This document shows, one piece after another, positions 37,957-46,842 of a stretch of DNA of 46,842 nt (within the stretch, counting starts at the first letter, position 1; every line of letters starts with the position of its first letter). A model generated the notes under the pieces. It was not told the origin of the DNA. It did not search any database and saw nothing but the letters and a program-made list of their open reading frames with translations. The stretch is taken from positions 34,506,093 to 34,552,934 of the forward strand of contig JBOZIK010000001.1 in the NCBI GenBank assembly GCA_051453625.1. The letters run 5' to 3'. This DNA comes from Welwitschia mirabilis (taxonomy: Eukaryota). A program made the translations under genes and the position numbers.

Positions 37957-38684
37957 ATGACACAACTGAATGATAATTTAATATAATTATGGTCTAAATT
38001 CTTTTTTTTCCCCTTTCTTCATCATTTTCACCTTTTTCTTAAAGGGAAAAAGATTCCTCTGGGTTATACTAGCATTTTTGATCTTGTGCCATCTGATTTT
38101 GTGTCCAGATTTTTGAGATTTCATCAGATTTACAAAAATGAGATATGTTTCTCTTTCCTTTTTTTTTACCAATTTTTTTCTCCCATTTTTAGCCTTTTAA
38201 TGTCTAGTTTTCATATGTGTTAATCAATTTTTTGTGATTTTTAATTTGGGACTTACAGATTTGAATTTTTCTATGTATTTTTCAAGTTATAAAAGATTAT
38301 GCATTTTACAAGGTATTTTTAGTTTTTAATCTTTTACACTCATTTTCTCACAAACCGTAGTTAAAAAATAGTGGTCCTTTAGGAAAAATTGATTAGTTTG
38401 ATATGTTCTATAATTCTTGTAGATTAGATTTTTCATTCGAGTACTTTTAATTTTGACCATAAGTGGGGCCCACTTAAAACACAACCTTTTAATTTTTCAC
38501 ACATTTTGCATTTTTCTTCTAATGTTTAGATAATTCAAGATGCATTAAAATTTTTATGGAGGGGTAAGACATATTTTCAGCATTTTTCATAATTTTTACC
38601 AATTTTTGGAGGCTGTTATTGCACATCCATGCAATGTTTTTGATGTATTTTTTCATTTTTGCATGACTTTTTTGAGTATTCTCA

Positions 38685-40115
38685 ATGGAGTACACCTTGT
38701 ACACATAGAGATAGACAAGATGAGATTGGATCAAAGTTTAAAGTAGGAGGTAGGTTTGATAGTATCGTTAGAGATAAGGTGTGTTGAGCTAGCACATCCA
38801 CCACTTGGCATAGTAGATCATTGATTATATAGATAGTTAGCATTTGTGTCGATCGATACTTTGGAGACTTTATAAGCCTTATTGAGCTAGAGGTAGATCT
38901 ATAGCTTAGATGAATTATAAATGCACATAGATCTTATTACATTTTAGAGATGAGGGAATTTTATGATACCATACACATTGAAAGATAGCTAAATGCTTGT
39001 AGTCAGTTATAGGATATGATAGTTGCATAGCAATTCTCCCATCTCATATTGTAGTTATCATAGATCCTAGTGGGCTTGGGAGTATGCATTTTCACTTAGC
39101 TAGTGGAATCAAGGAGTGTAATGCATGTGACACTTTACTGGATATATCAATGGATCTTACTATGAATAGATGGAGGATGCTTATTACTCAGCTAACCCCC
39201 ACATATAGAGTTTTACATAGAGGACTGATCCATAACATCAACCCATCCTTTCATGATTATCATGTAATAATAGCACATTTATAGATTCTAGCAGCATTTA
39301 AATAGAAAGAGTAGATGGATCTTCCCACATTTATTTGGAGGATACTTAGATCTATGGTCAAGGCACATCAACTATAGACTCTTGATTACCCATGCTTCCT
39401 CTTAGAACTTTTTATATAGTTTGGGATATCAGAGTTCATGGATGAGTAGTGCTTATTGTACANNNNNNNNNNNNNNNNNNNNNNNNNNNNNNNNNNNNNN
39501 NNNNNNNNNNNNNNNNNNNNNNNNNNNNNNNNNNNNNNNNNNNNNNNNNNNNNNNNNNNNNNACTATAGACTCTTGATTACCCATGCTTTCTCTTAGAAC
39601 TTTTTATATAGTTTGGGATATCAGAGTCCATGGATGAGTAGTGCTTATTGTACATTTAGAATTTAGCTTACTATATGTAGGATATGGGCATACAAGTTCT
39701 AAGAGAAGTAGAAAGACCTTAGGTATAGAGACAGACAGTTAAGGCTATTCTTAAGCAAATATAGACCCTCCTGTTAGAGATCACTGAGACCATTAAAGGT
39801 TTTGTAAATAGAGGTATCTAGACACTTAATTAAATCATTTAGACATTATAGTAGAGGGTACTATCTATTGAGAGGAGAGTTTAACAATTTGAGGACTAGA
39901 TTGTTGACATGCATTAGCATATTATTTCTATCTAGCAAAGTATGACAATTGATATACCAGAGGCTATATGTATCTAGGGTGATGAGATGATCAGATCTAT
40001 TTCCACATCTTTAGACCTTCATTTGCCTACTAATCCTAAGCATTATCCTCCTTATTTCCCTATACTTAAGTTAGCTACTGAGATTGAATTCATTATGCAT
40101 CAATAAGAGGAGTGA
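38685..40115 (+). pseudogene. Fossil accessory ORF of element B (Athila env-like / 'putative plant transposon protein' type)
   Basis: Lies between integrase and PPT on the sense strand. Reads QLTPTYRVLHRGLIHNINPSFHDYHV..L*ILAAF...MDLPTFIWRILRSMVKAHQL*TLDYPCFLLELFI*FGI, then a heptad-like helical segment and a Pro-rich end. The motif match is from memory of the family, not from a search. Confidence 0.72.
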
Positions 40116-40621
40116 TTTTATTTTATTTTGTATCTCCCCTTCTATGTATTTTTGTATTAAAAGTCTCTAATTTTATATAAATATATCTTTTTTTATTCAG
40201 CATGATGTACTAATTTTTATTTAATTTTCATAACCACCTCTAATTTATACATGTTATAATAAGGATTAAATTTTATTTAGGCAATCTTTTATCCATTACT
40301 ATTTGGTTTAATGGAGGGCTTTAATATTGCATTTACTAATTATTTGTATAAAATATTTTTATATTGCAAGTTCTTATTTTCAAAGATCTTTTTAGTATAT
40401 GTCATTCCATCCATCATTTGATGATGACCTAGATGACCATCTGGCTAATATTCAAAGTAAATGGAATGTTAAATTTTCTAATTTTTCATAATCTAGTTTG
40501 TATCTCTAATATTTTTAAAAAAAATTTTGAGATAATTTCCTTAAGTACCTTAGTTGTTTTTATTATAAATAAGTTTGCTAACAAACATGGTTTATTTCTT
40601 GATTTTATTAGGAACTAATAA

Positions 40622-40638
40622 GGCTAAGTAGAAGGATA
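40622..40638 (+). promoter_or_regulatory. PPT of element B
   Basis: ggctaagtagaaggata precedes the 3' LTR. Confidence 0.8.
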
Positions 40639-43047
40639 TATTGTGTTGCCAATTTATGCATATTTGATAAGGTATTTTGAGTGATTTTGCAGGATAATAG
40701 ACAGGTATATGCTCGATTTCCATAATAATGAAGAGTTGAGATGAAAGAAACAAAAAAACATAATCTCGATGATATTCTATAACATTTAGAGTAGTTTTTA
40801 ATACTTCCCCTTTCTAGATAAACTTCTTGCAAAACATTGAGTCTAGTACATTAGATGAACATTTGCAAAAGCCCATCATACATATAATCATCTAGATGAT
40901 AGTATGAATGATAAAATAACTAATGCCAATAAGGATGCTAAATGATATTAATTTGGTAGATGACATGGATCATTTATGAGCTAGCATCATCTCCTATATC
41001 ATCTAGATGACCATATGGATGACATTGTTGTAACATCTTACTAGACATTTACTTAACTTCTACTACTTGTTCATATGTTTCTTTTGTCGTAGCTGTTAGA
41101 GTTGTATTTGCACCTATTTATTTGCCTCATTATGTGCTTTATGTAAATAAGTATTAATCCCATCCTCAACTCCTAGTATTCATTTACAAAGAAAATTCTC
41201 ATAAGAGAAGAATATTGAAGGCTAGGAGATCCATTCTTGTAGTTGCAGAGAGATGTTTTCCTTAGTGTTGGATGGTGCTTACTCCATTGAGATGCAACTA
41301 CTTTGTAACATGAATGTGGTTCAAGTAATACAAAATATTTCTTTTCTAATCCTTATGTATGTTGTTCTTAACCCTTTTTAATTCCTATGCATGTTGTTCT
41401 TAACCCTTATAGCTTATGTCTCTTTTGATGTAATGATAATTTCTTGAGTAATATAGGCTATGAGGGTAACCTTTATTAAGGTTATGCATTATTAGTTTAG
41501 GTACATTATTATTTCCTTTTCCTAGATTAGCTTTAGATAAATGTGTCATATTATTGTTGGTATTTCCTAAATTTGCACTTTAAAAGTAATTAATGCTCTA
41601 AACAGAAAATTGCAATTGGGCTTAATATAGGATGAATTAACCAATGAATGTTATAATTTGGAGAGTATAAGGCAATAATCTAATCAAGCACATAAATGAG
41701 ACAGAATGTAACTTAAATTCCAATCCAATGTTTAAATCAATTTTCTGTTTTTGTCACGTAAAAATAGAAATTGATAATGCAACTATTCTAACATGTAATG
41801 CAAAGTATGAAAGTAAGAATCAAATTTCTGAGTTGTTATCACCCAACTTAGCCCTTATGCTTTGTGTTTAATTTAGAATTAATCAAGGAAATAGTATTAA
41901 TTAAACTTCAACACAAATCATAAGAGAAATCATAAGATTTTAAGAAGAAAAAATACATTTTATTAAATCAATGCAATGTCTTATAATACCTTAGCAAGGT
42001 AGTAACTCCTCAATGTAAAAAACATAGCCTTCACACCAAGAATGATTTCTCCTATGCTAAATTGGATCCTTAACTCCTTAGATACCTTTGTCAGCAATTC
42101 TCTAATGCCAAAAGATGCCTAAATGATGCCAAATGGGGTTTTTATATCTTTTCTAAAGTAGTTACAGGTTATAAAGATTGGTATAGATGAAGGGGTGTCA
42201 TTAGGCATAAACTAGAACTTAATTAACTCGATTAAGAAGAAGTTATGGTATTATTATGTTACTATCATTATGGGAATGATTATTGACATGATACACTTCA
42301 TCATTAAATCACAACCTGCCATTTCAGAATCCCATTAGTATTTGAATTTACAAATAACTACTATGTCATCTCAAGTGTCATGTGGACAGCATTCGTAATA
42401 ATAGCCATGTCAGCAAGCCATATCAACCTCGTCAAGTTAGCCTAAGCTAACCTCCTTTGAATGCCTTAAATCATGTTGACATGCCCAATGTCATCGGGAT
42501 GAAAAAGGGAATGATAGTCCTTTTGTCAGCATTGTCCTTCACTTTTTAGTCCACTTTATTTCTTAGTTAAATTCTTACCTTTCTAGATGAAAAATGGGTA
42601 NNNNNNNNNNNNNNNNNNNNNNNNNNNNNNNNNNNNNNNNNNNNNNNNNNNNNNNNNNNNNNNNNNNNNNNNNNNNNNNNNNNNNNNNNNNNNNNNNNNN
42701 GGGTAGTTAAGGTCATAGTTAGATTGTTAGATTAGTTTATGACAAAATGCCTAAAAATGACTAAATTGAGTCCCTGTTCCTTGAAAAACATCGCCAATTA
42801 CATCATTAAAACATGACAATTTGGGATTGCAACAATTATACTTTTCATGCATTACAATTTATTTCTCTAGTTAGAATACAAAGTGTTTCCTTATGGAAAT
42901 CAACTCTTTTTCTCTATCTTAGGCCTTCGATGGATTATGACATTCTGGTTAACTCTTGTTTATATTAGTGTATTGTAATTATTCATATATTTGTGATTGA
43001 TAGGATTCTACTAAGGACATAATATTACATAAATACACACTACAATA
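40639..43047 (+). repeat. 3' LTR of element B, interrupted by a solo LTR
   Basis: 40639-41554 plus 42840-43047 reconstitutes a copy of 8899-9987. Confidence 0.88.
41555..42834 (-). mobile_element. Solo LTR of a further family
   Basis: TGTTG...CAACA termini; TSD ATTAT at 41550-41554 and 42835-42839; contains a 100-N gap. The right end is the reverse complement of 46399-46473. Confidence 0.85.
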
Positions 43048-46000
43048 GTAGATCATAAACATCACTTAACCAACTAGATTTAGTATGCCTTATTCCAATT
43101 TTAGGCTATACAAAATATAAAATATGATAAATGTAATTTGAAAGGGATCTAGTGCCTTCTTCACATTCTAGGTTAACTTTATAATAATGTTCCAATGGGG
43201 ATAGCATATAATGCTCCTTTAAGAAATATAATCAAGATTTATTTTTTAGAAAACTCTTATTAGGCTATTGGGACTACCATTCATGTCATTTCCTTGACAA
43301 TCAATGANNNNNNNNNNNNNNNNNNNNNNNNNNNNNNNNNNNNNNNNNNNNNNNNNNNNNNNNNNNNNNNNNNNNNNNNNNNNNNNNNNNNNNNNNNNNN
43401 NNNNNNNNNNNNNNNNNNNNNNNNNNNNNNNNNNNNNNNNNNNNNNNNNNNNNNNNNNNNNNNNNNNNNNNNNNNNNNNNNNNNNNNNNNNNNNNNNNNN
43501 NNNNNNNNNNNNNNNNNNNNNNNNNNNNNNNNNNNNNNNNNNNNNNNNNNNNNNNNNNNNNNNNNNNNNNNNNNNNNNNNNNNNNNNNNNNNNNNNNNNN
43601 NNNNNNNNNNNNNNNNNNNNNNNNNNNNNNNNNNNNNNNNNNNNNNNNNNNNNNNNNNNNNNNNNNNNNNNNNNNNNNNNNNNNNNNNNNNNNNNNNNNN
43701 NNNNNNNNNNNNNNNNNNNNNNNNNNNNNNNNNNNNNNNNNNNNNNNNNNNNNNNNNNNNNNNNNNNNNNNNNNNNNNNNNNNNNNNNNNNNNNNNNNNN
43801 NNNNNNNNNNNNNNNNNNNNNNNNNNNNNNNNNNNNNNNNNNNNNNNNNNNNNNNNNNNNNNNNNNNNNNNNNNNNNNNNNNNNNNNNNNNNNNNNNNNN
43901 NNNNNNNNNNNNNNNNNNNNNNNGCATTATTTGCTTTTATGATGAAACCTTCAAATAAAATAGGTTATGGATCTTAAATAGGTCAAAATTTAAATACTTG
44001 AGAAAATACAAGGCCTTATTGAAATCAAAATATAAAATGAAGTATAATGATTTGTTTATTTTATATCTCAGAAGATTTCATCTATATATAAACTCAATGT
44101 ATCACCTCAGGCTAAGAACTTTCTTCTCCTTACCATGTTACACAACTGGCTAAAATACATCCAAAGCACTTGACATGCTTGTATTTAAGGTCATTAATAG
44201 TACATTACTCCATATAAAATCTCTCTACATGGATGATAGTCATGTCATATTTAGAAATAGATTAAAAGGAATATACCTAGTACTCCAAGTGTAATCCATG
44301 AAAGTACTATTATGTCTAAGACTTTATGTCAAGTGCATTAGTAACACTCCTTAGAAACTCTGTAGAAGGGCCTTAACTATCAGCCTCTCCAGGATTCTTT
44401 CTTATGTTATTATGTCTCTTTAATATAGGAATAATTCATCATATACTAGGAAATTCAAGTTCTAACTACAAGAACCATGTCCTTAAAGCCATAACGTAGT
44501 GAAATCAGTCTAGCAATAAGAATTGATCCATGTCTAGATCAAATACATATACTAACAATGCCCTTCTAAGACCTGGCTTAGCAAGATACTTGTCCTTTTA
44601 TTAATATCATCATTAATATTAAAAATAAAACATTGAAGCATTTTAAAACCAAAAAACTTAGTAATAAGAATTATATAATTATCAAACAGAAACCTCGAAG
44701 TATAAGATCTAGTAGTATGAGAAATAGCAAAACAAAGAGGATATTTTAAAAAGGCCACTAAATAACTTCAAAATTGTAGATTCTCATGGTTAAATAAAGG
44801 GACTTGCTCTCATTCAAGAAATTAGACTTAATTGCTTTTTAATCAAGGTCACAACCATCAACAAGCACCATAGAATGTAAATGAATGAAATGAACATATA
44901 ATTTCAAGTCTAGAAAGGTGAAAATGCATAGCGATAACTAGAGTAAAAGTTGTAAGGCATTTTATATGGATGATGTATGATCTACAAAAAAGACAAGATC
45001 ATTTAATGATCATTTGTATAAAGCCACAAGTAAATGAAACTCTCTATTAGGCAGGATTCACTTAATAGAAAGCGAGGATCATATTTCATAGGACTTGTAT
45101 CCAAATACATCCAAACATACCTCTTTGTCTTCATTCAAATACTTTTCAAACACTCTATAAAAGATGTAGATGAATCTTGAGGCCTATATGAATACGCATA
45201 GGATTTATCTTATAAAGAAACATTCAATAAATAAAATATATACACATTCTCTGGCTCAAGATCCACATGGATGAGTGAATTAACTATGGAATATGGATTC
45301 AAATGAAAATAAAAATACATTATAGGTGAAGATCACTCCATATTTTTCTTGATTACTAAAAATGAAATTTGTAATTTGTGAATCCACCATTAAAAAATTC
45401 ATAGATAGTTTACTCTTTGAAATAAGCTTAAAATAAGCTTATGAAAGTCTCCTATACCAATGGCATAGAACTCTTCAACAGCATGAATAACCTTGATGAA
45501 TTTGGAGATATGTAACTAGATTTACCATTTTTTGACACATGAAAACCCTATAAGTTTGACATGCATTGGCATTAAGATTTTTAGCAATTTTAGATAAGTA
45601 ATTCTTTGTGCAATTATGCTATGTGATAGACACACTAGGGTCTTTCTTAAGGCTTGAGAAAGAGTAATAGGAGTATCATTTGTTATAAGCATATTAGATT
45701 TTATTTGCTTTGTCATGACTATGTATAGTCCTAATGGATTCCATGTTCCTCCTATAATTTTGAAGAGAAAACTTATGAATATCATCATCATGATAAGCTT
45801 GACAAGTATTTTCTAAGATTGCTTCTTCTTTTAAGAGACCACCATCACCATTTCTATTGTATTATCTACACCCAATCCTATCGTTCAATCACATCATAAT
45901 TGCTCATCAAATAAAAATATGTTTCGTAATAGGTGGTCATAAGAGATGTGATTCAGATTAGTACTAGATGGTGGTAACTCTTGCATAAAAAATACTAAAA

Positions 46001-46073
46001 CTACTCTAATTTCTATTAAAAACTTCTTACAGGATTGGAAGGAAATGCTATTAAGCATGAATTCTTTCAACAA

Positions 46074-46085
46074 GCTCTGATACTA
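46074..46085 (-). promoter_or_regulatory. tRNA-iMet primer binding site of element E
   Basis: Minus strand tagtatcagagc differs from canonical TGGTATCAGAGC at one base and lies 2 nt from an LTR end (...aacttca). Confidence 0.75.
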
Positions 46086-46087
46086 AT

Positions 46088-46171
46088 TGAAGTTTGAAAT
46101 CCCATGAAAATAAATAGAAATGGAAGGCACCCATAACAAAATCAATAGGATTTTTGAAAAGTAAACATCAT
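46088..46171 (-). repeat. 3'-terminal part of the 5' LTR of element E
   Basis: Aligns with 8184-8268; interrupted at 46172 by another LTR. Confidence 0.7.
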
Positions 46172-46398
46172 TATTGCAGTATGAATTTATGCCATCTTTA
46201 AGTCCTTAGGTAAAACCTATAAATTATAATACTTACAGAAATCACACACTAGTATAGATGGAAGTTAACTTGAATGTCGTAATTTATTAAAGGCATTAAT
46301 CTAAAAGTTAGAGAATTGATTTTATAAGGTATTTTAGTCTTTTTTATTTTAGTAAATAAAAGTATATAATAATGCAAATGCAATGTAAGATAAATGAT
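46172..46398 (-). repeat. Terminal fragment of a D-like LTR
   Basis: tattgcagtatgaatttat...agtatagatggaagttaac is homologous to 23467-23700. Confidence 0.8.
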
Positions 46399-46473
46399 TG
46401 TTGCGATCCCAAATTATCATGTTTTAATAGTGTAATTGATGGTGTTTTGCAGGGAACAGGAACTCAATTCAGT
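46399..46473 (+). repeat. Start of an LTR of the 41555-42834 family, truncated by a gap
   Basis: tgttgcgatcccaaattatcatgttttaat matches the reverse complement of ~42760-42834. Confidence 0.8.
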
Positions 46474-46573
46474 NNNNNNNNNNNNNNNNNNNNNNNNNNN
46501 NNNNNNNNNNNNNNNNNNNNNNNNNNNNNNNNNNNNNNNNNNNNNNNNNNNNNNNNNNNNNNNNNNNNNNNNN

Positions 46574-46842
46574 CTCAGAATTACACTTAAACCTATATAA
46601 AAGTCCTACAAAACAACTCATAAAACCACATCAAATAACCATAAATTAGTAGTGCAACATAGACCTCCACTTAATCTTTATCAGTTCCTGATAAAAACTA
46701 TGCCAAAAAAACATATTATGAGTCAATTTATTTTTAAAAAGATAAATCTGAAATTATAAAAAAGCCTCATAAAACACATGATATAGATAAATAATAGGTA
46801 ATGCATAATGTGTATGAAAATTTTGAAAATTTTATTTTATAA
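46574..46842 (-). mobile_element. A/C-family fragment: start of 3' LTR (to 46659), PPT (46660-46676) and 3' non-coding DNA
   Basis: Colinear with ~13390-13645; junction reads ...agtgcaaca|tagacctccacttaatc. Confidence 0.85.

Larger units (their letters stand above)
8899..43047 (+). mobile_element. Element B: Athila-like LTR retrotransposon carrying an accessory ORF, with an internal deletion and three nested insertions
   Basis: LTR pair 8899-9987 / 40639-43047; identical 5-bp TSD GTAGA at 8894-8898 and 43048-43052. PBS, gag, integrase end, accessory ORF and PPT are in the expected order. Confidence 0.88.
8184..46171 (-). mobile_element. Element E: outermost tRNA-iMet-primed, Copia-like/unclassified non-autonomous LTR element, split by ~34 kb of nested insertions
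   Basis: 8184-8268 aligns with 46088-46171 in the same orientation. An iMet PBS adjoins 46088 and a PPT adjoins 8641. Removing B at its GTAGA TSD joins 8898 to 43053. Its own TSD cannot be checked because the far LTR end is interrupted. Confidence 0.6.

Noticed and set aside
39371..39654. 92-bp duplication within the accessory ORF
   Set aside because: Near-identical copies directly flank a 100-N gap; most likely an unmerged contig overlap.
46074..46085. iMet PBS as evidence of an endogenous caulimovirid
   Set aside because: It adjoins a repeat that pairs with 8184-8268 next to a PPT, which is an LTR arrangement, and I saw no movement-protein, coat or RT motif. Not fully excluded without a search.
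1..46842. Species assignment (for example a moss genome) and exact lineage (Athila versus Phygy or Tat)
   Set aside because: Composition and motifs are suggestive only; an RT phylogeny or database search is needed.

Overview
AT-rich, CpG-depleted, gapped eukaryotic (land-plant-type) heterochromatin. It has no intact host gene and consists almost entirely of decayed LTR retrotransposons stacked inside each other. The outermost is a minus-strand element (E, ~8184-46171+) with a tRNA-iMet PBS and a Copia-style PPT but no recognisable pol. Inserted in E is a plus-strand Athila-like (non-chromovirus Ty3/Gypsy) element B (8899-43047, TSD GTAGA). B in turn holds Gag-protease-only element(s) C (12602-21772), a formerly autonomous gag-pol element D (23467-37956, TSD ATGAC, with a further LTR nested in it) and a solo LTR (41555-42834, TSD ATTAT). 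Another Gag-protease-only copy (A) occupies 1-5665. The most interesting signals: (i) a fossil Athila-type accessory ('env-like') ORF in B that reads through once stop codons are reverted to CAG/CAA/CGA; (ii) three related architectures (gag-pol, accessory-ORF, and Gag-protease with a hydrophobic tail) sharing cis elements; (iii) a nested ~38-bp palindrome repeated in LTRs and UTRs; (iv) a ~165-bp 3' non-coding block conserved across families; (v) an ATNAY-like target-site bias; (vi) two unidentified fossil ORFs. All boundaries and translations were read by eye, and several 100-N gaps limit the structural inferences.
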